A program made the position numbers and the translations under genes. From the IMG/VR virus record IMGVR_UViG_3300025162_000016, positions 304,759-368,758 of that record: DNA of 64,000 nucleotides. One strand, written 5' to 3'. The number at the start of each line of letters is the position of its first letter. Position 1 is the stretch's first letter. The notes under the pieces are model-generated. The model was not told the DNA's origin, made no database searches, and saw nothing but the letters and a program-made list of their open reading frames with translations. Positions 29,630 to 41,800 of the stretch are shown piece by piece.

Positions 29630-29932
29630 ATGGAAATCAAAACTAAACTCATTGCAAACACAAATCTTCTTCGTGGTTATGGATGTGGTTATATTGGTGT
29701 TCCCAAAGGTCATCTGTGGCATGGAATGGAGTATGATGATCTACGTGACGTTGATGTTCATGGTGGGCTAACATGGAGCGATAATTATATTCGTGGCGAT
29801 GAAGAGGCCGGTTGGTGGTGGGTTGGATTCGACACTTCTCACAGTGGAGATGATCAGATCAATTGTGATGAAAATTATTGTAATGAGCAAATTAAGAAAC
29901 TTAAACAACAAGCATTGAAAGTTATTGTATGA
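29630..29932 (+). CDS. Conserved phage hypothetical protein
   Basis: CGYIGVP..H, VHGGLTW, WWVGFDT.H motifs. Confidence 0.75.
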   Translation: MEIKTKLIANTNLLRGYGCGYIGVPKGHLWHGMEYDDLRDVDVHGGLTWSDNYIRGDEEAGWWWVGFDTSHSGDDQINCDENYCNEQIKKLKQQALKVIV

Positions 29933-30159
29933 CTGTAAAACAATTAATTGAAAAATTAGGTGAGTATGATCCTGAGATGCCGGTTATGAGTAATGGATAT
30001 GAGGGTGGTTTGAATGATATTGATTCATTTGAAAAACGTGATGTGGTGCTTAATTATCACGAAGCATGGTATTATGGTAAACACGAAAGCGTTGATGGGA
30101 TTCATGGGGAAGGTGATGCTTTGAAAAACACTACGGTTAAAGCATTGATCATCGCATAA
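29929..30159 (+). CDS. Hypothetical protein
   Basis: MTVKQLIEKL..YDPEMPV...GYEGG; ATGA overlap. Confidence 0.7.
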   Translation: MTVKQLIEKLGEYDPEMPVMSNGYEGGLNDIDSFEKRDVVLNYHEAWYYGKHESVDGIHGEGDALKNTTVKALIIA

Positions 30160-30162
30160 AAT

Positions 30163-30987
30163 ATGAAATGTACATGGATAGTAGAAAATTTTGTTAAAGA
30201 ACAGTCGTTTAAAGGTCTTATAGAAGCCGTTAAATCGCTTAATTATCCTTTATTGGAGATTAAAGGTGATTACACAAAATCGACATTAGATCAAATAACG
30301 AGTAAGTGTGTTATGTTGAACGGGTCGATTAAAATGGTTAAGCTAGTTAAACAAGACCTTCCATCCGATTGTTATCCTGTAGTTTATTGTAATTTTGAGA
30401 AATACAAATGTTCCTCGTATTATTCTCATTTCGGGTCATATTTGTTTAATGATAAATATTGTATGATGTCATTGAAGGAGTTGGGGAGACAGAAGTTTGA
30501 TGTGTGGGGTCATTATGGGAAGGATGCTTTAATATTTATTCGTCCCGATTCAGGGGAGAAAACTTTTCAAGCGGGATTATTAGATATTATTGATGTGGAT
30601 ACTCTTAATGAATCGAATAAAGAGTATGAACATGAAATGGTATTGGTATCCACTCCCAAAACCATTATATGGGAAGGTCGGTTTGTGGTATCAAGGTTCA
30701 AAGAAATAATTGCATCTTCCACCTACAGATTTCAAGGACAAGTAAGCTTGATTCCGAGCGTACCAACTGAGACAACCAAGTTTTGCAAAGAATTGTTGGA
30801 TAAAACAGATTATAACCCGGACTCGGTTTTTTGTATGGATTTATGTCAGGACAGTGATAAAAACGTGTGGCTTCTTGAGTTAACTAGTTTTTCGAGTGCG
30901 GGTTTGTATGCTACTGACAAGGTTCAGATTGTAAAACGGGTTTCGGAAATTGCTGAGGAAGAGTATAAAAAATATGAAAATTGCTGA
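30163..30987 (+). CDS. ATP-grasp domain protein (DUF4343/R2K-like)
   Basis: FIRP....K.F, E.RFVV, MD....LLEL..FSSAGLY. Confidence 0.75.
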   Translation: MKCTWIVENFVKEQSFKGLIEAVKSLNYPLLEIKGDYTKSTLDQITSKCVMLNGSIKMVKLVKQDLPSDCYPVVYCNFEKYKCSSYYSHFGSYLFNDKYCMMSLKELGRQKFDVWGHYGKDALIFIRPDSGEKTFQAGLLDIIDVDTLNESNKEYEHEMVLVSTPKTIIWEGRFVVSRFKEIIASSTYRFQGQVSLIPSVPTETTKFCKELLDKTDYNPDSVFCMDLCQDSDKNVWLLELTSFSSAGLYATDKVQIVKRVSEIAEEEYKKYENC

Positions 30988-31189
30988 ATTTGTAGAACTA
31001 TGTGTGTGGGATGCTGATCGAGCAGCGAATTTTCCAACGATGATTAATTTAGCAAAGGTTTCTCAAATTGCGTCATGTGGTGAAAGAAAGTTTACCAGAA
31101 TAATTTTTGAGAATCAAACAGAAATCATAATTAATGGAAAATTTGATGCGGTTAAAATGGAGATAAAACATCAATTGGAATCCGAATGA
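30974..31189 (+). CDS. Hypothetical protein
   Basis: Overlapping operon ORF. Confidence 0.55.
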   Translation: MKIAEFVELCVWDADRAANFPTMINLAKVSQIASCGERKFTRIIFENQTEIIINGKFDAVKMEIKHQLESE

Positions 31190-31392
31190 GAATATTAATA
31201 GAATTTGAAGTGACTGGATGTAAGTCGCAGGACGAAGCCAAAGAGAGTGGGAAAGAGTGGGTTAGGAATAATAATATCACAGTCAAATATGGTGAATGTG
31301 AATTAACTCCTACGGGAGATGTTTTTGACTTTCAACCGTTTGGTGATACAATATGGAAAAAATATTATGACGACTACTATAAAGAATATTAA
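31186..31392 (+). CDS. Hypothetical protein
   Basis: ATGA overlap. Confidence 0.55.
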   Translation: MRILIEFEVTGCKSQDEAKESGKEWVRNNNITVKYGECELTPTGDVFDFQPFGDTIWKKYYDDYYKEY

Positions 31393-31849
31393 GATTACTC
31401 AAAGCATTCAGTGGACATGTAGGAGATGGGGTGGTGTATTTTTAGGATTACGGATTAATTTTCCTGTGACCATCACTGATTACGATGGTAAAAATAATAA
31501 TTCCGTATGGCGGCACATTTTCATTGGACTAGGCTTTTTCTTTTTCACATGGAATATTGATATTGATTATAATTTCCGGGATGAGCCGGTGAAATAATAA
31601 CCGTTGACTTTCTATAAACTTCGTGGTAGTATTTGAACATGACCGATCAAGAGATTAATATTACAATTGCGGAATTGATGGGAATTCCAATGGAAGGTTC
31701 GTGGTGTGAACATTGGGGTAAGATAGCTAGTTGCAGTGCAAAACAACAAGCTATCGCTTTTTTAAGAGTTAAGGGAATAAAGATTTGACTTTCTATAAAA
31801 TTCGTGGTAGTATAACAAAAAAGTAAAAATAAAAGTATAACAAAAAAAT

Positions 31850-32161
31850 ATGATTAAAGAACTAACAAAAGAACAGAGTGATAAGTTTGGTGAGTATGTC
31901 AAGGTATGGACCGAGAAGGGGTTGACCACCCAACGGCAAACAGAAAGCGATGCTAAGATTGATTTCTGGAATTTTCAAAAGCACATTCTCAAGAAAGAAA
32001 ATCCGGCACCAGTAATTATTTTAGATTCACCGCTAAAATGTTGGATGGCGGTAGTGATGTCGTCCGCCATGAAGAGTTTGCCGGCAGAAAAAATTCAGAA
32101 AAATGTGATGGATAAGATCACGCCTGTAGTGGGCAAACTCTCTGTAAAACATGAAAACTAA
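31850..32161 (+). CDS. Stand-alone N-terminal module of DUF6745-type proteins
   Basis: MIKELTKEQ...Y...W...GL.T....P.IILDSP; own promoter. Confidence 0.65.
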   Translation: MIKELTKEQSDKFGEYVKVWTEKGLTTQRQTESDAKIDFWNFQKHILKKENPAPVIILDSPLKCWMAVVMSSAMKSLPAEKIQKNVMDKITPVVGKLSVKHEN

Positions 32162-32364
32162 AACAACTAAGGAAATTAAAACTAAACTTCCTAAAACTAA
32201 AGTAGTCAACTATACAGTTGATCCTGAACAGGGGTCTATGTTCTTGGCATACGCTGCCCCAAAAGAATACGCCGTTAAATCCATTGATCGTAAAGGAAAA
32301 AAAGCGACGGTCACATATATTATATAAGCACGTTGAATTCTGAGTTCGTGACCGCTAGAATTAC

Positions 32365-34814
32365 ATGAATAATAAATTAATTAATGATCAAATTTATTTA
32401 CAAGTTGAGGATCAAATTAGATCACAAGTGCTGTCACAAGTTGAGTTACAAGTTTGGTCACAAGTCTATTCACAAGTCTATTCACAAATTCGGTCACAAG
32501 TTAGTTCACAAGTCTGGTCACTAGTTAAGTCACAAGTTGAGTCACCGGTTTGGTCACAAGTTGAGTCACAAGTGCGTCAACACGTTAGAAATGAGCTAAG
32601 ATCAAATGAGCATTAAATTAATTATGGATCAAGTTTGGTCGCAAGTTAGGCATCAAATCGAGTCACAAATTTGGGATCAAGTCTGGTCACAAGTTCAGTT
32701 ACAAGTCTATTCACAAGTCTATTTGCAAGTTGCGTTACAAGTTCTGAATAAAGTTAGGTCACAAGTTGCGGATCAATTGCGGTCACAATTAGAATCAAAT
32801 AAATTATAAAGTAATGCGAGGGACAACATAAAAATGGATTTTCCGGATCAAGTAATATTACAAGAGATGGGTAAAATAATGGGACGAGTTGAGTCACAAA
32901 TTGCGTCACAAGTTAGGTCACAAGTTTCGTCACAAGTTGCGAACCAAATTCAGTCACAGATGATGTCACAAATTCGGAATCAAATAGATAAATAGTGATG
33001 TCTCAATTACAGTTACAAGTTCGGACTCAGGTAAGGCATCAACTTGAAAGGTTTCTAATGTATCCGATGGTGGTACAAACTGGAAGTTTAATATCTCAAG
33101 AAGTCAACAACCAAATAGAATCCCAAGTTGGGCGTAAAATATGGGAAACCGTGGAGTTGAACATAGCATATACAATGGAATTCCAAGTTAAAGAACAACT
33201 AGAATTACATGAATAATACATTAATTAATGATCAAGTCTGGTCACAAGTCTATTCACAAGTTTGGCAACAAGTTCGGAATCAAGTTAGTTCACAAGTCTA
33301 TTCACAAGTTGATTCACAAGTCTGTTCACAAGTTTGGGATCAAGCTGGGTCACAAGTGCGGTCACAAATTTGGGATCAAGTAGGGCAACAAATTAGAAAT
33401 GAGCTAAGATCAAATGAGTATTAAATTAATTAATGATCAAGTCACGTCACAAGTTCAGTCACAAATTTGGGATCGAGTTTGGGATCAAGTGATGTCCCAA
33501 GTTTCGTCACAAGTTAGCTCAGAAGTTTGGAAACAAGTCTGGTCACAAGTTGAGTCAGAAGTGGCAGAACAACTCTGGTCACAAGTCAAGGATCCAGTCT
33601 GGTCACAAGTTCGGTCACAACTAGAATTATATGAATAATAAATTAATTAATGATCAAATTTATTCACAAGTTTCGGTACAAGTTGAGGATCAAGTTTGGG
33701 CACAAGTGCTATCACCAGTTCAGTCACGAGTTTCGTCACAACTGATGTCACAAGTTGAGTCACAAGTTGTGGCACAAGTTTGGTATAAATTAATTAATGA
33801 TCAAATTTATTCACAAATTAGATCACAAGTCTATTCACAAGTTGAGTTACAAGTTGAGTTACAAGTGCGGTCACAAGTCTGGTCACAAGTTGATTCAGAA
33901 GTGCGGTCACAAGTTCGGGATCAAGTTAAGTTACAAGTTGCATCACAAGTTAGGTCACAAGTTGGGGATCAAGTTGGGGATCAAGTTGGGGATCAAGTGA
34001 TGTCCCAAGTTTCGTCACAAGTTAGCTCAGAAGTTTGGAAACAAGTCTGGTCACAAGTTGAGTCACAAGTCTGGTCACAAGTTCAATTAATTAATGATCA
34101 AATTTATTTACAAGTTGAGTCACAAGTCTGGTCACAAGTTAATTCACAAATTCGGTCACAAGTTAGTAATCAAGTTAGGTCACACGTTGCGGATCAATTG
34201 CGGTCACAACTAGAATTACATGAATAATAAATTAATTAATGATCAAATTTATTTACAAGTTGAGGATCAAATTAGATCACAAGTGCTGTCACAAGTTGAG
34301 TCACAAGTCTGGTCACAAGTTCGGCAAGTTGAAGCACAAGTTCGGAAACAAGTTGAGTCACAAGTTTATTCACAAGTCTATTCACAAGTGCTGTCACAAG
34401 TTGAGTCACAAGCCAATTCACAAGTCTGGTCACAAGTTGATTCAGAAGTGCGGGCACAAGTTCGGGATCAAGTTAAGTTACAAGTTGCATCACAAGTTAG
34501 GTCACAAGTTGGGGATCAAGCTGGGGATCAAGTTAGGCAACAAATTATAAATGAACTAAGGTCGCATGAATAATAAATTAATTAATGATCAAATTTATTT
34601 ACAAGTTGAGGATCAAATTAGATCACAAGTGCTGTCACGAGTTGAGAACCAAGTCTGGTCACAAGTTAAGGATCAAGTGGGGCAACAAGTCTGGTCACAA
34701 GTTCGGTTACAAGTTGCGTTACAAGTTAGGGATCAAGTTAGATCACAAGTCTATTCACAAATTCGGTCACAAGTTAGGTTACAAATTTTGTCACAAGTTC
34801 AATCACAATTATAA
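32365..34814 (+). repeat. Block 1 of Gln/Val/Ser-rich (QVxS)n short ORFs (~9 ORFs)
   Basis: 12-bp unit TCACAAGTNNNN; most ORFs start MNNKLINDQ/MSIKLI and end LELHE/LRSNE. Confidence 0.9.
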
Positions 34815-34862
34815 GTGTTGACTTTCTATAAATCCTCTGATAGTATTGGAGGAGTGGAATAA

Positions 34863-35867
34863 ATGAATGTTCAGGATCAAATACATAAAAATGTGTGGTG
34901 TCCGTACGCCGAGGTTTCGGAAAACGTGCCACTTATTATCACATATCATATCGCATTTATATGTGATCAAATAGATAATTCAGTAAGATTTCAAGTAGCT
35001 AACCCACTTGAACTACAAATAAATAATCAAATTAAAAAAGAAACAACAGAAAATATGAATGAAATAGCTAAAGAAATGAATACCGATACGAATGATAAAA
35101 TCCGGGATCAAATTGTAGCCAATATATTGTCTCAACTAAAATCAAAAGTGACGGATGATGAAACCGAAATCGGGAATCAAGTAAAACTCGAAGTGGCAGA
35201 AGAAATCAAATCACATATTATGGCTCAAATGACATCAGAAGACAACAAATTCGTATATCCCTACTTCGATTGCCAGTTCTGGGCATCTTGGTTCAGTTTC
35301 TATGAATTTATGAAGACTGAACTAGGTATTGAATTCCCGAATGAAAAGGAATATAATATCCTCAAAGATTGTCAGAAATATGGCATGGTATTTCCTTTGG
35401 ATGACCTTTGTGTCGTATGTCAGCCGCCGACAATTATTAAAAAGAATAATTCAGGGTTGCACTGTGAGAATGGTCCGGCACTCAGTTATAACGGAGACAA
35501 CGAGATATTTGCATTGAACGGGGTGGTAATGCCTAAAGAATATGTATTAACTCCTGCTAGAGATATTACCGCAGAGACGGTTATGAAGGAGACCAATGTA
35601 GAGATTCGCCGGGAATTACTTAGGAAGGTAGGTATTGAGCGGCTAATGAATGATTTGCCACATAAACTGTTGGAGACCCGTGGTAACTACGAATTGTATA
35701 GTATTGATCTAAGTAATGAAATTAAAGATGCACGTTATCTGAAAATGCAGAACCCATCCATCGGAGTTTTTCATTTGGAGGGACTAGCTCCTGGTATTAA
35801 TACAATTGAGGAAGCTCTTAAATGGAGGAATAATAATTTGTTTGTTGACGCCGAAATTCTAACGTAA
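34863..35867 (+). CDS. DUF6745-type protein
   Basis: W.SFYEF, LHCENGPAL.Y....FALNGV, ETNVEIRRE....GIER, L.M.NPS; own promoter at 34818-34846. Confidence 0.75.
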   Translation: MNVQDQIHKNVWCPYAEVSENVPLIITYHIAFICDQIDNSVRFQVANPLELQINNQIKKETTENMNEIAKEMNTDTNDKIRDQIVANILSQLKSKVTDDETEIGNQVKLEVAEEIKSHIMAQMTSEDNKFVYPYFDCQFWASWFSFYEFMKTELGIEFPNEKEYNILKDCQKYGMVFPLDDLCVVCQPPTIIKKNNSGLHCENGPALSYNGDNEIFALNGVVMPKEYVLTPARDITAETVMKETNVEIRRELLRKVGIERLMNDLPHKLLETRGNYELYSIDLSNEIKDARYLKMQNPSIGVFHLEGLAPGINTIEEALKWRNNNLFVDAEILT

Positions 35868-35885
35868 ACCTAATGTTAAAACCTA

Positions 35886-38800
35886 ATGTTAAAGCTAATG
35901 ACACAAGTTGAGTCACAAGTTAGCTCACAAGTTTGGGATCAAGTTATGGATCAAGTTCGGTCACAAGTCTGGTCACAAGTTGCGTCACAAGTCTATTCAC
36001 AAGTTTGGAAGCAAGTTATGGATCAAGTTCGGTCACAAGTTGAGATTCAAGTGGGGCAACACGTTATAAATGAACTGGGGTCGAATGTATAATAAATTAA
36101 TTGATGATCAAGTTCGGTCACAAGTTAGGGATCGAGTTTGGAAACAAGTTGAGTTACAAGTTTCAACTCAAGTGTCGTCACAAGTTAGTTCAGAAGTGAG
36201 GTCGCAAATTTGGGATCAAGTTTGGAAACAAGTCTATTCACAAGTTCAGTCACACGTCTGGGATCAAGTCGAAGCACAAGTTCGGAATCAACTTCGGTTA
36301 CAACTAGAATTACATGAATGATATAATTAGATATCAAATTAGGGATCGAGTTAGGTCACAAGTTGTGGATCAAGTCTGGTCACAAGTTTCGGCACAAGTT
36401 GATTCAGAAGTGAGGTCGCAAGTTTGGGATCAAGTGATGTTACAAGTTCAGTCACAAGTTGCGAACCAAATTCGGTCACAACTAGAATCACATGAACATT
36501 AATAAATTAATTAATGATCAAGTCTGTTTACAAGTTTGGGATCGAGTTAGGTCGCAAGTTTCGTCACAAGTTACGTTACAAGTCACGTCACAAGTTGAGG
36601 ATCAAGTGATGTCCCAAGTTCAGTCACAAGTTCAGTCACAAGTCTATTCACAAGTCACGTCACAAGTTCAGTCACAAGTTTGGGATCGAATTAGGTCACA
36701 AGTTCAGTCACGAGTTGCGTCACAAGTCTGGTCACAAGTTGAGTTACAAGTCACGTCACAAGTTGTGTTACAAGTTCGGAATCAAGTTAAATCACAAGTG
36801 CGGTCACAACTAGAATTACATGAATGATATAATTAAATATCAAATTAGGGATCGAGTTAGGTCACAAGTTGCGGATCAAGTTCGTTCACAAGTCTGGTCA
36901 CAAGTTAGGTCACAAGTTCTGAATAAAGTTAGGTCACACGTTGCGGCACAAGTTGGGGTAAAAGTTGGGGTGAAAGTTGAGTCACAAATTAGGGATCAAG
37001 TTATGAATCAAGTTAGGTCACAAGTTAGTGATCAAGTTGCGACACAAGTGCGGACACAAGTGCAGAATCAAGTGCGGTCACAACTAGAATTACATGAATG
37101 ATATAATTAAAAACCAAATTCTTGATCAAGTTAGGTCACAAGTTGAGAACAAAGTCTGGTCACAAGTTAGGGATCAAGCTTGGGCACAAGTCACGTCACA
37201 AGTTAGGGATCAAGTCTGGTCACAAGTTGGGTCACAAGTTGGGGCACAAGTTCGGTCACAAGTTCGGGTACAAGTAGCTGAACAAGTTGGGTCACAAGTT
37301 GGGTCACAAGTTGGGGCACAAGTTCGGTCACAAGTTCGGGTACAAGTAGCTGAACAAGTTGGGTCACAACTAGAATTACATGAATGATATAATTAAATAT
37401 CAAATTTTTGATCGAGTTAGGTTACAAGTGCAGGATCAAGTTTGGTCACAAGTTGACGTTCAAATTTGGGATCAAATCTGGTTACAGGTAATGTCACAAG
37501 TGTTGTTACAAGTTGAGTTACAAGTTCGGAATCAAGTAATTAATCAAGTTCAGTTACAAGTGATGACTCCATTGATAAAACGAATGGATGAACATGTGGA
37601 TGATCAAGTTTGGACCCACGTTTGGAATCAAATTGGGTTACAAGTGGCACAGCAAATTCAATCCCAAGTCAGAAATCAAGTTAGGTCACAACTCGAATCA
37701 CATGAATAATCTAATTAGATACCAAATTAGATCACAAGTTGATTCACAAGTGCGGTCACAAGTTATAACACTCTGGTCCCAAGTTACGTCACAAGTGCGG
37801 CCACAAGTCTGTTCACAAGTTTTGGATCAAGTTGCGTCACAAGTTCGGTCACAAGTGTGGTCACAAGTTAGTGATCAAGTTGCGACACAAGTTGGGGCAC
37901 AAGTTCGGAATCAAGTAATGTTACAACTCGAATCACATGAATAATCTACTTAAAAACCAAATTTGGGATCAAGTTGAGGCACAAGTTGAGTTGCAAGTGG
38001 GATATCAAATTTGGGATCAAGTTAGGTCACGAGTTGAGTCACTAATGATGTTACAAGTTCGGAAACAAGTTGAGTCACAAGTTTATTCACAAATTCGGTC
38101 ACAAGTTAGGGATCAAGTGGGGCAACAAGTTCAGTCACAAGTCTGGTCACAAGTTATGTCACAACTAGAATCACATGAATGATATAATAAGGAATAAAAT
38201 TGGGAAACAAGTTCTGGTACAAGTGATGTCCCAAGTTGATGAACAAGTTAGTTCACAAGTTAGGGATCAAGTCTGGTCACAAGTTAAGTCACAAGTCTAT
38301 TCACAAGTCTATTCACAAGTTGAGGATCAAGTTAGTTCACAAGTCTATTTGCAAGTTGAGTTACAAGTCTATTCACAAGTCACGTCACAAGTTAGGTCAC
38401 AAGTTATGTCACAAGTCTGTTCACAAGTTAGGGATAAAGTAATGTTACAACTCGAATCACATGAATAATCTACTTAAAAACCAAATTTGGGATCAAGTTG
38501 AGGCACAAGTTTGGAATCGAGTTAGGTCACAAGTTCGGAATAAAGTTAAGTTACAAGTTGCATCACAAGTCTGGTCACAAGTTCGGAATCAAGTAATGTT
38601 ACAAGTCTGGGATCAAGTGCGGTCACACGTTTCGTCACAACTCGAATCACATGAATAATCTACTTAAAAACCAAATTTGGGATCAAGTATGGTCGCAAGT
38701 CACGTCACAAGTTCTGTTACCTGTGATGTCCCAAGTTGATGAACAGGTTGGGGTTCAAATCTGGTCACAAGCTAAGTCACAAGTTGAGTCGGAAGTGGCA

Positions 38801-41800
38801 GAACAAGTCTGGTCACAAGTTCGGAATCAAGTAATGTTACAACTCGAATCACATGAATAATCTACTTAAAAACCAAATTTGGGATCAAGTTGAGGCACAA
38901 GTTGAGTTGCAAGTGGGGGATCAAATTTGGGATCGAGTTAGGTCACGAGTTGAGTCACTAATGATGTTACAAATTTGGGATCGAGTTAGGTCACGAGTTG
39001 AGAACCAAGTCTGGTCGCAAGTTAAGGATCAAGTGGGGCAACAAGTTATAAATGAACTAAGGTCGCATGAATAATAAATTAATTAATGATCAAGTTTGGA
39101 ATCAAGTTAGGCAACAAGTCTATTCACAAGTTGAGTTACAAGTTGAGTTACAAGTGCGGTCACAAGTTGGGCAACAAGTTAGGGATCAAGTCTTGATACA
39201 AATCCGGTTACAAATTTGGTCACAGATTCAGTTACAAGTTCGGTCACAAGTCGAGTCAGAAGTAGCAAAACAAGTGTGGTCACAAATTAGAAATCACGTT
39301 ATGTCACAATTAGAATCACATGAATGATATAATAACGAATAAAATCGGGAAACAAGTTCAGTCACAAGTTTGGCAACAAGTTGAGTACCCAATGTTGAAA
39401 CACCTCGTATCACAAGTTACGTCAAGAGGTCGGGATAAAGTTAGGCAACAAGTTAGTAATCAAGTCTGGTCACAAATTAAGTCACAGGTCAATTCACAAG
39501 TTCAGTCACGAGTTGCGTCACAAGTCTGGTCACAAGTCCGGTTACAAGTTTCGTCACAAGTCTGGTTACAAATTTGGCAACAAGTTATAAATGAACTAAT
39601 ATCGCATGAATAATATAATAACGAATAAAATCGGGAAACAAGTTCAGTCACAAGTTAGTTCACAAGTCTGGTCACAACTAGAATTACATGAATAATCAAA
39701 TTAAAGATCAAATTTGGGGTCGAGTTTTGTCACAAGTTTCAGCACAACTTCACCTAATTGATGCTCAAGTCTGGTCACAAGTTAGGTCACAAGTTGAGAA
39801 CCAAGTCTGGTCACAAGTTTCGTCACAAGTTATGTTAAAAGTTGAGTCACAAGTTGAGTCACAAGTTATAAATGAACTGGGGTCGCATGAATAATAAATT
39901 AATTAATGATCAAGTCTGGTCACAAGACTATTCACACATCTATTCACAAGTTCCGTTACGAGTTTGGGTTCAAGTCTGGTCACAAGTCCGGGATCAAGTT
40001 CGGAAACAAGTCTGGCAAGTTGAGGATCAAGTTACGTCACAAGTTTCGTCACAAGTTTGGGATCGAGTCTGGTCACAAGTTCAGTCACAAGCCAATTCAC
40101 AAGTTGAGGCTCAAGTTCGTTCACAAGTCTGGTCACAAGTTATGTCACAAGTTACGTCACAAGTTGATGAACAAGTCTGGTCACAAGTTCGGGATCAAGT
40201 GATGTTACAAGTTCAGTCACGAGTTGCGTCACAAATCTGGTCACAAGTCTGGTCACCAGTCGGGGCACAAGTTTCGTCACAAGTTAGCTCACAAGTTAGC
40301 TCACAAGTTTGGCAACAAGTTGAACAAGTTAGCTCACAAGTTCCGTCACAAATTAGGTCGCACGTTGAGTTACAAGTTAGGAACCGAGTTATAAATGAAC
40401 TAAGATCGCATGAATAATAAATTAATTAATGAACAAGTCTGGTCACAAACTTGGGATCAAGTTGCGGCACAAGTTGTGGATCAAGTTAACTCACAAGTTA
40501 TGTTAAAAGTTGAGTCGGAAGTGGCAGAACAAGTCTGGTCACAAGTTCGGAATCAAATTATGTCACAAGTCTATTCACAAGTTGCGTTACAAGTGCAGGA
40601 TCAAGTTAGTTCACAAGTTAGGAATCAAGTTTGGGATCGAGTAATGTTACAAGTTCGGAATAAAGTTAAGTCACAAGTTCAGTCGCAAGTTTGGGATCGA
40701 GTAATGTTACAAGTTGCGTCACAAGTTATAAATGAACTGGGATCGAATGTATAATAAATTAATTAATGATCAAGTCTGGTTACAAGTTTGGGATCGAGTT
40801 AGGTCGCAAGTTAGTTCACAAATTTGGGATCGAGTCTGGTCACAAGTTAAGTCACAAGTTGCGGCACAAGTTGATTCACAAGTGCGGTCACAAGTAAATA
40901 GTCAAGTTATAGCACAAATTAGAAATAAGCTAAGATCAAATGAGTATTAAATTAATTGATGATCAAGTCTGGTCACAAGTTCAACCAGAAATTTGGGATC
41001 GAGTTAAATCGCCAATGGTGAAACATCTAGTATCACAAGTCACATTACAAGTCACGTTACAAGTTGAGTCACAAGTTATGTCACAAGTTTGGCAACAAAT
41101 TTGGCAACAAGTTTCGTCACAAGTTCGGTCACAACTAGAATCACATGAATAATACATTAATTAATGATCAAGTTTGGCAACAAGTTAGCTCACAAGTTTG
41201 GCAACAAGTTGAACAAGTTAGCTCACAAGTTGCGTCACAGGTTTCGTCACAAGTCAAGGATCCAGTCTGGTCACAAGTTCGGTCACAACTAGAATTATAT
41301 GAATAATAAATTAATTAATGATCACTTTTGGGATCAAGTCTGGTCACAGGTGATATCACAAGCTTCGTTACAAATTGAGTTACAAGTTAGCTCACAAGTT
41401 ATATCACAAGTCGGGTCACAAGTTCGGTCACAAGTTTGGAAGCAAGTTCAGTCACAAGTTAGTAATCAAGTTAGGCAACAAATTATAAATGAACTGGGGT
41501 CGAATGTATAATAAATTAATTAATGATCAAGTTTGGAATCAAGTTAGGCAACAAGTCTATTCACAAGTTGATTCACAAGTTGCGGCACAAATAAATAATC
41601 AGATTAAGTCACAAGTTCAGAATCAAGTTGCGTCACAAGTTTGGAAGCAAGTTCAGTCACAAGTTAGTAATCAAGTTATAGCACAAATTAGAAATGAACT
41701 GGGGTCGAATGTATAATAAATTAATTAATGATCAAGTCTATTCACAAGTGCTGTCACAAGTTTGGGAGCAAGTTGCGTCACAAATAAATAATCAGATTAA

